64,000 nt of DNA from Pedobacter sp. (GTDB lineage Bacteria; Desulfobacterota; Desulfuromonadia; Desulfuromonadales; Syntrophotaleaceae), in NCBI GenBank assembly GCA_050253415.1, contig JBFWJC010000004.1, forward strand, positions 284,536 through 348,535, read 5' to 3'. Below are positions 10,094-19,284 of the stretch, one piece after another; the first letter of the stretch is position 1; each line of letters opens with the position of its first letter. Position numbers and translations under genes: made by a program. The notes beneath the pieces are model-generated. The model was not told the origin of the DNA. It did no database searches and saw nothing but the letters and a program-made list of their open reading frames with translations.

Positions 10094-10388
10094 CCACGCA
10101 TCCTCTCTTTATATTGTAAAAAAAACGAGCGCCTGATCGTGGCTCCTGAAAGCTTAACCATGTTTTACCTTTCCGACAAGAGCGTATGCACATAAATACC
10201 CCATGTTTCCCGATTTGTCGTAATTTTAGCGGTGCCGGCATGCTGGTAGCCTCGCCGCACATCCTCATTTCTCAGGCTCACGCCAATCAAAAACTGACAC
10301 GGAAAAATCTCCTGTTTTTTCAAAAAGATGTACACAATTTCAACCCGTTGGAGATTTCATACCATCTTTTCAGCTATACTTGGAAACC

Positions 10389-12172
10389 ATGAACGACTCC
10401 TCTCCAGCCTCCCATCAAAGCGTTGCTTAAATTGCCCGGCAGCTTGACGCCGATGTGCAACGGGGCCTTTCCATGCAGCAGGCGAAACGCCGTCTGATAC
10501 GCTACGGACGCAATCTCATCGCTCGTGGCAAACAGGTTTCGGCATGAAAAATCGTGCTGCGTCAGCTGCGCAACATCATCGTTTTTCTACTGCTGGTGGC
10601 GGCCGCCATCTCATTTTTTCTGGGCGACACACTGGAAGGGCTTGCGGTCCTGGCGGTGGTGGTACTCAACACGCTGTTCGGGTTCATTACCGAATATCGC
10701 GCTGAGAAATCGGTGGAAGCCTTGCAGCAGATGGTAAAACCACGGCCAAGGTTCTACGTGAAGGCCGACTGCGACAGATTTCCGCGGAGGAAGTGGTGCC
10801 CGGTGACATTCTGGTATTTGAGGAAGGCGACCTGGTCACCGCCGATGCCCGGTTGGTGGAGGCTGACACTCTTGCCGTCGACGAAGCTCTTTTGACGGGA
10901 GGATCCAAGCCGACCAGCAAAAACCTGGAAATCATCGTTGGCGAAGTAGCACTGGCCGACTGCCGCAACATGGTCTTCATGGGAACCGCCGTTACGCGAG
11001 GAAACGGCGCTGCCATCGTGGTGGCAAAGGGGATATCCACCGAGATGGGCAAAATCTCCAGCCTGCTGGTTGCCACCGAAACCGAACCGAGCCCCCTTGA
11101 AAAACGTCTGGAGAGAACCGGGCGCTTTCTGGTAATGCTGACCCTGGCGATTACCGCAGTGGTGGCAGGCACCGGCGGGGCGGCATTGGAAACGAAACGG
11201 CCACCTGCGAACCGGAACTGACACGCATGTCGACCGCCGAACTGACGGAACGCCTGCGCCGGTGCAGCGTTTTTGCACGCATCTCGCCGCGTCATAGACT
11301 CGATATCGTTGCCGCGCTCAAAGCCGACAATCAGATAGCGGCCATGACCGGCGACGACGTCAACGATGCACCGGCTCTGAAAAAAGCCGACATCGGAGTG
11401 GCCATGGGACAGCGCGACACCAGCGTCGCCAGGCAAGCCGCCAACATGGTGCTGCTTGACGACCGTTTTATCACCATCCTGGAGGCGGTGCGCCAGGGGA
11501 GGGTGATTTTCGACAACATCCATAAATTCATCCACTACCTGCTTTCCTGCAACCTGAGCGAAATCCTGATCATCTTTTTGTGCATCGTCCAGGGGATGCC
11601 CACCCCCCCTGGTGGCCTTGCAGATCCTGTGGCTCAACCTGGTTACCGACGTGTTCCCCGCCTTGGCCATGGGGTTTGAAGTACCCGAAACCGACCTCAT
11701 GGCACGGCCGCCACGCAATCCGTCTGAGGGGCTCATCACCACCCGGTTCAAGCTGCGCATCGTCATGGAGGGGCTGGTGATCATCCTCGGGCCGCTTACG
11801 GTATTCCTGTTCAGCGTCCAGCAAGGCTTCCCACTGGCCGAAACCCGCACGGTAGCCTTCATGACCCTGGCCCTGGGCCAGCTGCTGCACGTTTTCAACG
11901 TCCGGCGCAAAAACGGCCTGGGTTTCGATACCAGCCTGTCCAGAGCGCCCTTTTTATGGGGAGCCTTTGCCCTGACGCTGATCCTGCAATGGCTGGCCGT
12001 CTATACGCCGGGATTGCAGCGGGTATTGCACACCACGGCCATGACGCATGACATGTGGATATTAACCCTGGTCGGCGCCACAGCACCGGAGGTGATATTG
12101 CAGACCGTTGCCCTGATCCGCCGGATGACTTGCAAGCATGCGACCGGTGCTGTCAACCACCGTAAATTTTAA
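10389..12172 (+). pseudogene. Fragmented cation-transporting P-type ATPase (P2A/Ca2+-type)
   Basis: Pieces GLS..RRL..YGRN, VPGDI, VDEALLTG, FARISP, MTGDDVNDAPALKKADIGVAMG and QILWLNLVTD lie in different frames; two early in-frame stops; the DKTGT/N-domain region is absent. Confidence 0.88.
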
Positions 12173-12221
12173 AATTCTGGGGCTGTTAAAAGAATTGGGC
12201 CGGAAGAACTCCGGCCCGATA

Positions 12222-13289
12222 TCACGAGGAGGCGGGATGGGGGGAAGTAACAACGGGGAAACAGACCGGTTGAGCCAGCCTGGCGGAGATTCCTACACTG
12301 TGACCGACGGACCATTCACTGGTTCCGGGAAACAATGCCTGCAACTGTTGACCACTAGGCAACTCCAATAAATAAAACATATCGGCGCCACGAAACTGAC
12401 GATGGACGACACAAGCTTTAACCTGTGAGGAATCATCAGGAAATATATTTTCAGGGCGCAGCAATACCTGCACCGGACCGTCGCACCGAGTGTCCTGGCG
12501 ATCAAAAAACGTTCCCAGTTCGGTGTGGACCGCTCCCGCGATAGACGCATGTCCGGACACCAGCGTCCCTTCGCCAACAAAGCAGGCAACTTGGGGATCG
12601 GCCGGTTTCCGGTAAAGATTGTCGACGCTGTCCCACTGTAGCAATTGCCCCCCGTTCATCACACCGATGCGATCGGCAATGGCAAACGCCTCCTGCTGGT
12701 TATGGGTGACGAACAGGGCGGTGGCGCCGTAGGATTTGATAATCTGACGCACTTCCAGGGCTAATCGATCACGCAAAGTGACATCGAGATTGGAAAACGG
12801 CTCATCCATGAGTAGCAGCGCAGGCCGGGGAGCCAGGGCTCTGGCCAGGGCAACGCGCTGCTGCTGACCACCGGAAAGCTCATGGGGGAAACGATGCCGG
12901 CTGCCCGACAATCCCACCAGTTCCAGCACTTCTCCCGTTCTGCCCTTGCGTTCCGCGCGGGACAGATGCGGTAATCCAAAACTCACGTTATCCTGCACCG
13001 ACAGATGAGGGAACAGGGCATAATCCTGAAACACCATGCCGATAGCCCGTTTCTCAGGAGGCAAAAGCCTGCCGGGGCGACTGACGACCTCGCCGTTGAG
13101 TACAACCTGCCCTGCCAACAAGGGCTCGAAACCGGCAATAATACGCAGCATGGTGGTCTTGCCGCAGCCGCTGGGACCAAGCAAACAACCAATCTGGTCT
13201 TTGGCCAGGCTCAAGGTAAGATCACGAACCACCTTAAAAGAACCGTAGGACTGGGAGACGTGCTGCAACTCAAGAACAGGTTTATTCAT
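12222..13289 (-). CDS. Fe(III) ABC transporter ATP-binding subunit (FbpC-like)
   Basis: GPSGCGKT, VFQDYALFPH, LSGGQQQR and DEPFSNLD motifs. Confidence 0.9.
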   Translation of the reverse strand: MNKPVLELQHVSQSYGSFKVVRDLTLSLAKDQIGCLLGPSGCGKTTMLRIIAGFEPLLAGQVVLNGEVVSRPGRLLPPEKRAIGMVFQDYALFPHLSVQDNVSFGLPHLSRAERKGRTGEVLELVGLSGSRHRFPHELSGGQQQRVALARALAPRPALLLMDEPFSNLDVTLRDRLALEVRQIIKSYGATALFVTHNQQEAFAIADRIGVMNGGQLLQWDSVDNLYRKPADPQVACFVGEGTLVSGHASIAGAVHTELGTFFDRQDTRCDGPVQVLLRPENIFPDDSSQVKACVVHRQFRGADMFYLLELPSGQQLQALFPGTSEWSVGHSVGISARLAQPVCFPVVTSPHPASS

Positions 13290-13302
13290 ATGTTTCTCCT
13301 TG

Positions 13303-15018
13303 CTATCCCTTTTCACTTCTGCGACCGGAACCACCTGCACCCTCGCCCGCCCGCATGAACAACACAATAGGCAGCACCCCTGCGGCCAACAGGGTCAGGG
13401 CTGGTAATGCCGCCCTTTCCCATTCGCCTTCGGAGGTCAGTTCAAAGATCTTTACGGCCAAAGTATCGACTCCGAAAGGACGCGTCATGAGGGTAATGGG
13501 CATCTCTTTCATAATGTCGACGAACACCAGGGTGGCCGCGGTGAGTAAACCGTTCTTGAGCAGCGGCAGATGCAGTCGCATCAATCTCGAAAAGCCCCCA
13601 TGCCCCATAAGCCGTGCGGCTTCGTCAAGATGCGGCGGGATCCGGTGCATGGCGCCATCCACGGCTTTGAAGCCCACGGCCAGGAAGCGCACCAGATAAG
13701 CCAACAGCATGGCCAGCCCCGTGCCGGTCAACAAAGCGCCCGGCGCCAGGCCGAAGGTATCCTGCAAAAACGTGGAAACATACCGATCGAGGGCAATCAT
13801 GGGGATAAACAATCCCACCGCCAGAACCGGCCCAGGCAGGGCGTACCCCAAGTTCGCCAAACGCACCATGGCCCGATGACCCGGACCAGGCCGTCTGCGC
13901 TGCCCATAGGCAACGCCCAGCGATGCCAGCACAACAATTACAGCCCCGATCAGACCCAGCCGCAGGGAATGATAGATGAGGCTCAGGTAACGGCCATTGA
14001 ACTCCTCCCCGAACGAACCGATGGCCCAGGACATAAGTTGCCCTACCGGCAGAACCAGCGCCAGCAACAACACGCCCCCGGTGTAGGCCAATGCGAGCCA
14101 ACGCAAGGGACCCTCAAGGCGCAGCCGGGCACCTGTGGCGATCGGCCGCGATTCGGCATATCGGCGCCTGCTGCGCAAGCGTTGCTCCAGCAGAACCACG
14201 ACGAAGACCACAGTCACAAGGCAGGAAGACAATTGAGCTGCTGCCGGCAAGGAAAAAAAGCCATACCATGCTTTGTAGATGGCGGTGGTAAAGGTATCGA
14301 AATTGAAAGCGGAGACGGTGCCGAAATCGGCCAGGGTTTCCATCAACACCAGCATCACTCCACCCGCAACCCAGGGACGGGCCATGGGCAGAATGACTTT
14401 ATAAAACGCTCTGAAAGGACTGCACCCCAAGGTGCGAGCAGCTTCCAGCATCCTTTGCCCCTGGGTAAGGAAAGCGTTGCGCGTCAGCAGATATACATAG
14501 GGATACAGGGTCAGGGTAAGGACCGCAATAATCACCGGCGTCGACCGCGCCGGAGGTGTCCACGCCCCCGGTCCGAACAATCCGCGTATCAGGCTGGCAA
14601 CCGGTCCACCAAAATCGAGCAGGCCGAGTACCGCCACCGCCAGCACGTAACCGGGCATGGCAAGGGGCAACAGCAGGGCCCAGGACAGCACCCGCCTGCC
14701 GGGAAACTCGCACATGGCCGTTAGCCATGCCAAGCTAACCCCGAGCACCGCCGATGCGACGCAAACACCCACCGATAGCATCACGGTATTAACCAGGAGA
14801 TCCGGCAAAACCGTAGAGTACAAATGTTCCCAGATATCCCAGACTGGCTGACGCCAGGCCGTAAAAATAACCAGCAGCGGCGCCAGTACCAAGGCACTGA
14901 TCGTGGCGATCAGAAGAGTCCATCCGCTATCCCGGCCGGGTCTGACCGACGACGTGAAGGCACGAAACAACCGTGCCTTCACGTTCATGGCCCCTATTAT
15001 GGGTTCGGAAGTTGCCAT
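13303..15018 (-). CDS. Fe(III) ABC transporter permease (FbpB/FutB-like)
   Basis: Two EAA motifs (EAARTLG, DEAARLMG); many TM helices; start codon uncertain. Confidence 0.9.
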   Translation of the reverse strand: MATSEPIIGAMNVKARLFRAFTSSVRPGRDSGWTLLIATISALVLAPLLVIFTAWRQPVWDIWEHLYSTVLPDLLVNTVMLSVGVCVASAVLGVSLAWLTAMCEFPGRRVLSWALLLPLAMPGYVLAVAVLGLLDFGGPVASLIRGLFGPGAWTPPARSTPVIIAVLTLTLYPYVYLLTRNAFLTQGQRMLEAARTLGCSPFRAFYKVILPMARPWVAGGVMLVLMETLADFGTVSAFNFDTFTTAIYKAWYGFFSLPAAAQLSSCLVTVVFVVVLLEQRLRSRRRYAESRPIATGARLRLEGPLRWLALAYTGGVLLLALVLPVGQLMSWAIGSFGEEFNGRYLSLIYHSLRLGLIGAVIVVLASLGVAYGQRRRPGPGHRAMVRLANLGYALPGPVLAVGLFIPMIALDRYVSTFLQDTFGLAPGALLTGTGLAMLLAYLVRFLAVGFKAVDGAMHRIPPHLDEAARLMGHGGFSRLMRLHLPLLKNGLLTAATLVFVDIMKEMPITLMTRPFGVDTLAVKIFELTSEGEWERAALPALTLLAAGVLPIVLFMRAGEGAGGSGRRSEKG

Positions 15019-15030
15019 CAGGGACGTATC

Positions 15031-16047
15031 CTAACGGTAGCCGGCGCGATCCATCAACTTGATGGCGCGTTCCTGAAGTTCACCCGCACGGGACAGGGGA
15101 AGATCGCTGGCATGAAAAGTGCCCCATGCTGCCACATCCGGATGAGCTTTAACCTGCGGGTTAACCGGGTACTCCAAATTGCCGTCGGCAAACAGATTCT
15201 GCGCCTTTTCGCTGGACAACCACTCCAGGAATCGTATCGCTTCAGCCCGATGTTTGGCATGGCGCGTAATCCCCGCCCCCGAGACATTGACATGCACTCC
15301 CCCGGCACCTGTCCCCTGATTAGGCCAGGACAGGGCCAGTTTCAGATTCGGATTCTTCTGCTGCAGGCGACCGAAGTAATAGGTATTCACGATCCCCACA
15401 TCCCCCTGTCCGGCCAGGATCGCTTCCATGACCTGAGTATCGTTGGCCAGTGGCGCAGCGGCAAAGTTACCAACCCAGGAACGCACGATGTTTTCTGTAA
15501 CCGCCTCTCCGTGAGCCGCCAACAACATGGCAACCAGCGATTGGTTATAGACCTTTTTAGAGGTACGCAGCAGCAATCGCCCCTTCCACGCGGCATCCCC
15601 AAGGGCTTCATATGTGCTGAGCTGCTCAGGTCGCACCCGCTCGGTACTGTAAACCAGGGTCCGGGCACGCAGCGAAAGTCCGAACCAACGATTTTTTTCG
15701 TCGCGCAAATGAGCGGGGATATTTCGTTGCAGGGTTTGCGAAACCACCGGTTGCAAGATGCCTTCCTCTGCCGCATGCCAGAGGTTTCCGGCGTCCACGG
15801 TAATCAGAATATCCGCCGGAGTGCTGGCACCTTCAGCCTTAAGACGAGCCAGCAGAGGACCTTCCTTGTCGGTGATAAAGCGAATATGGGTACCGGTCTG
15901 CTCGGTATAAGCATCGAACAACGGCTGAATAAGATGCTCGTTGCGCGCCGAGTAAACCACCAATTCATTTGCATCGGCTGGGGTTTGCCACACACCGACA
16001 AATGCGGCAACCAATAGAAAATGGGTTACAAAAATAAATTGCTTCAT
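15031..16047 (-). CDS. Fe(III) ABC transporter substrate-binding protein (FbpA/FutA-like)
   Basis: VYSAR, TVDAG, VYNQSL, VNTYY and HVNVSG motifs; signal peptide; GGAGG RBS. Confidence 0.9.
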   Translation of the reverse strand: MKQFIFVTHFLLVAAFVGVWQTPADANELVVYSARNEHLIQPLFDAYTEQTGTHIRFITDKEGPLLARLKAEGASTPADILITVDAGNLWHAAEEGILQPVVSQTLQRNIPAHLRDEKNRWFGLSLRARTLVYSTERVRPEQLSTYEALGDAAWKGRLLLRTSKKVYNQSLVAMLLAAHGEAVTENIVRSWVGNFAAAPLANDTQVMEAILAGQGDVGIVNTYYFGRLQQKNPNLKLALSWPNQGTGAGGVHVNVSGAGITRHAKHRAEAIRFLEWLSSEKAQNLFADGNLEYPVNPQVKAHPDVAAWGTFHASDLPLSRAGELQERAIKLMDRAGYR

Positions 16048-16068
16048 ACAACCTCCCGTTAAGTGGAA

Positions 16069-16085
16069 ATGAAAACCGTTTTCAT
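16069..16085. promoter_or_regulatory. Fur box
   Basis: ATGAAAACCGTTTTCAT palindrome matches the deltaproteobacterial consensus WTGAAAATNATTTTCAW; upstream of the Fe ABC operon. Confidence 0.75.
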
Positions 16086-16212
16086 CTTCTACATAAAACA
16101 ACCAAGGCAGTCAACAAAAAACTTTGCTTGCCTTACGATTTCCTACCTTGTCAGTATTGTTTGACCACCCCATACCACCTAAACGGACTAAACTCGAGGA
16201 TTTGCGGCTTCC

Positions 16213-16292
16213 TAAACCCCAGAGGGGTAACTTTGCAGATTTGCCTATTGCGTTTCTAAATGACCTGCTATAGGGTACCCCCCTACCCCTAC
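16213..16292. promoter_or_regulatory. Candidate CsoR/RcnR G/C-tract operators
   Basis: ACCCC-AGA-GGGGT (16216-16228) and TAGGGTACCCCCCTACCCCTA just upstream of the repressor gene. Confidence 0.5.
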
Positions 16293-16306
16293 AAAGGAGA
16301 CACGGT

Positions 16307-16585
16307 ATGAGTCTTTGCGGATCAGACCAAGACAAAGAACGCCTGCTTAAACGACTGCATCGCATAGAAGGCCAGGTAAAAGGGTTATGCGGGATGATTG
16401 AAACCGATCGCGACTGCATTGAGGTCTTACGCCAAATCGCATCGGCGACCATGGCCTTAAAAGGTGTATGGGTGCAAATGGTCGGCGATCACTTGCGCGG
16501 GTGTGTTAAACAGGCGGTGTTGGATGGCGACAATAGCGAACAACTGATCGATGAACTGACGGACCTGCTACAAAAGGTACGGTGA
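16307..16585 (+). CDS. CsoR/RcnR family metal-sensing repressor
   Basis: RLHRIEGQVKG..DCIEVLRQIAS..HLRGC. Confidence 0.9.
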   Translation: MSLCGSDQDKERLLKRLHRIEGQVKGLCGMIETDRDCIEVLRQIASATMALKGVWVQMVGDHLRGCVKQAVLDGDNSEQLIDELTDLLQKVR

Positions 16586-16596
16586 GAGAGTATTCC

Positions 16597-17523
16597 ATGA
16601 ACGAAAAGAACGGGCAGAAATCCTGCAGCCATTCCCATGCCACTGCTCCCCATGTGCATGGGAACGAAGTTAAAACGTTGCGCGTGGTGATACTGACTTT
16701 CGCCACCATGGTGGTTGAAGTAGCGGCCGGATATATAACCGGATCCATGGCCCTGCTGGCTGATGGCTGGCACATGGGCACACATGCTTTTGCACTTGGC
16801 ATTACCTGGTTGGCATATATACTGGCCAGGAGGCATGCCAACTCGCCGGATTTCAGTTTCGGCACGGGAAAATTCGGCATTCTTGCCGGCTACACCAGCG
16901 CCCTGTTCCTTGGTATCGCCGCGATATCCATGCTCTATCAATCGGTTGAACGTTTGATTTCACCGATACCCATCGCATTCAACGAAGCGATTGTCGTCGC
17001 CGTACTGGGTTTGATCGTCAATGCGGCAAGCATCGTTATCATGCAAGATCATGGGCAGGACCACGGTCATGGGCATCATCATGACCATAGTTTCAGAGCA
17101 GCATATCTTCACGTCATTGCCGATGCCCTGACATCCGTGCTCGCCATAACAGCACTTTTGACCGGGAAATTTCTTGGATGGACGTTCCTTGATCCCGTCA
17201 TGGGCATGATTGGCGGATTGCTCATCCTTCGCTGGGCCGGTCTTCTGCTTAAACAAACGGCCAGGATTCTTCTGGATGGCAGAGCCCCCGGCGACATCCA
17301 CGAGCAAATCCGCAGGGAACTCGAATCGGATACAGATAGTCTCGTTACCGATTTGCGTGTCTGGTATCTGAGCTCCCAGCATCTTGCAGCTCTGATATCC
17401 GTTGAGACAGGTAAACCTCGCGCCCCCAGTGAATACCGGCAACGGCTGGAAGCGATGCACAATCTCCAACACGTTACAGTTGAAGTACTCCACCGAAAGA
17501 GTGAAAGCATCACAACACCATAA
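16597..17523 (+). CDS. dmeF: CDF family Co/Ni efflux transporter (DmeF-like)
   Basis: SMALLADGWHMGTH, His-rich loop, AYLHVIADALTS; paired with the RcnR-type regulator. Confidence 0.85.
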   Translation: MNEKNGQKSCSHSHATAPHVHGNEVKTLRVVILTFATMVVEVAAGYITGSMALLADGWHMGTHAFALGITWLAYILARRHANSPDFSFGTGKFGILAGYTSALFLGIAAISMLYQSVERLISPIPIAFNEAIVVAVLGLIVNAASIVIMQDHGQDHGHGHHHDHSFRAAYLHVIADALTSVLAITALLTGKFLGWTFLDPVMGMIGGLLILRWAGLLLKQTARILLDGRAPGDIHEQIRRELESDTDSLVTDLRVWYLSSQHLAALISVETGKPRAPSEYRQRLEAMHNLQHVTVEVLHRKSESITTP

Positions 17524-17559
17524 AACTGCTGTACACTCAACTTTACCAAGGAAACATTT

Positions 17560-18630
17560 ATGGACGTCTTGACCCTTATCATGCTCATCGCAGGTTTTAT
17601 CATTCTCATCGGCGGCGCCGAACTGCTGGTACGCGGGGCGGCGCAACTGGCCTCCGACCTGGGGATTTCACCACTGGTGGTCGGCCTCACCGTTGTTTCG
17701 TTCGGCACCAGCGCACCGGAACTGGCCGTCAGCGTGTTTTCGGCCTGGAACGGCCAGGCGGGACTGGCACTGGGCAATGTGGTCGGCAGCAACATCTGCA
17801 ATGTCCTGCTGATTCTGGGCGTATCCGCTCTGGTGGCGCCCCTGGTGGTTGCGCGCCAGGTGGTGCGCCTGGAAGTGCCGATCATGATCGGCACCGCCTT
17901 GCTGCTGATACTGCTGAGCCTCAACGGTGGACTGGAACGCTGGGAAGGACTGTTGATGTTCGCCTGCGCAGTGATTTATGTCACCTGGACGGTACTACGC
18001 AGCCGGCGGGAAACCCGCGATCAGCCAGCCCAGTGTGAACTGCCCGCGGGACCCCGCCCCAGGCGCCTGTGGCAGATCGGTCAGATCGTCGCCGGCCTGG
18101 CGCTGCTTGGATTGGGATCGCACTGGCTGGTAGGCGGGGCCATCAGCATCGCCACCTATTTCGGCGTCAGCGACCTGGTCATCGGTCTGACGGTGGTGGC
18201 GGTAGGCACCTCGCTGCCGGAACTGGCCACTTCGGCCCTGGCCGCCCTGCGCGGCCAACGCGACATTGCCGTCGGCAACGTGGTGGGCAGCAACATCTTC
18301 AACATCCTTGTGGTACTGGGGCTGACGGCCAGCGTGGCGCCGACGGCCATACCCATACCCCAGCAGGCTTTGATGGTCGATCTGCCGATCATGCTGGCGG
18401 TCTGTCTGGCCTGCCTGCCCATCTTCCTGGCCGGACACCGTATCGCCCGCTGGGAGGGAGGGCTGTTCTTCGGCTACTTTATCGCCTATATCGTTTTCAC
18501 CGTCCTCACTACCCTGCACCACCCGCAAAGGGGGCTGTTTGTGCAGGCCATGACGTTTTTCTTCATCCCCCTTACCGTGGTGACCCTGACGCTGTCCCTG
18601 TGGCGCGCTCTGCATCGAAGACGCACATAG
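17560..18630 (+). CDS. Calcium/sodium antiporter (YrbG-like, CaCA family)
   Basis: Two alpha repeats: GTSAPE/GNVVGSN and GTSLPE/GNVVGSN. Confidence 0.92.
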   Translation: MDVLTLIMLIAGFIILIGGAELLVRGAAQLASDLGISPLVVGLTVVSFGTSAPELAVSVFSAWNGQAGLALGNVVGSNICNVLLILGVSALVAPLVVARQVVRLEVPIMIGTALLLILLSLNGGLERWEGLLMFACAVIYVTWTVLRSRRETRDQPAQCELPAGPRPRRLWQIGQIVAGLALLGLGSHWLVGGAISIATYFGVSDLVIGLTVVAVGTSLPELATSALAALRGQRDIAVGNVVGSNIFNILVVLGLTASVAPTAIPIPQQALMVDLPIMLAVCLACLPIFLAGHRIARWEGGLFFGYFIAYIVFTVLTTLHHPQRGLFVQAMTFFFIPLTVVTLTLSLWRALHRRRT

Positions 18631-18833
18631 CCGATACCTCTTCACAATCAGAAAGATGTCCTTTGGGCGGTCCTTGCGACCGCCCTTTCTTTTTGTATTT
18701 GGGTTCTGCCGTCATAACCCGTGGACAAAAAAAAATGACCCAGATCAAAAAATCGGTTGACAAGCTTCGCTCAATATATTACCTATCTAGTCATCATTAC
18801 CGAATTGGTCATAATTCAACGGGGGAATTATAC

Positions 18834-19232
18834 ATGATTACGAGGGAAGCCGATTACTGCATACGCACCATCCTGCACCTTTCTCGTCCGGAGCATCGAA
18901 ATCAACCGGTGCCGGTGGGCGAATTGGCCACGGAGATGGCCATCCCCTCCCCTTTCCTGCGCAAGATTCTGGCAAAACTTATCGATGCCGGACTGGTGCT
19001 CAGCCACCGCGGACGGAACGGTGGGCTGACCCTGAATGGCTCCCCCGAACAGATCAGCTTGCTGAAGATCCTGCAACTGGCGGATGACAGGGGCCTGTTA
19101 CTGAATCAATGCCTTGGGCACAACGGCTGTTGCACCCGCAAGGGAAGCTGCACGGTGCATAGCGCCATGCAAAAACTGCAATCCGTGATGGAGGAGCATC
19201 TGAAATCCATCACTTTTGATCAACTTACTTGA
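18834..19232 (+). CDS. Rrf2 family transcriptional regulator
   Basis: MITREADYC, FLRKIL, SHRGRNGG; C-terminal Cys cluster C..CC..C; true start at 18834 inside a longer ORF. Confidence 0.9.
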   Translation: MITREADYCIRTILHLSRPEHRNQPVPVGELATEMAIPSPFLRKILAKLIDAGLVLSHRGRNGGLTLNGSPEQISLLKILQLADDRGLLLNQCLGHNGCCTRKGSCTVHSAMQKLQSVMEEHLKSITFDQLT

Positions 19233-19284
19233 GCTAACCATCAAACATCCACAATCAAACATTATCAAAACCTGGAGGGAACCA

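Noticed and set aside
18069..18833. Long N-terminal extension of the Rrf2 ORF (387 aa)
   Set aside because: Overlaps the antiporter out of frame and crosses a terminator-like hairpin; the real start is 18834
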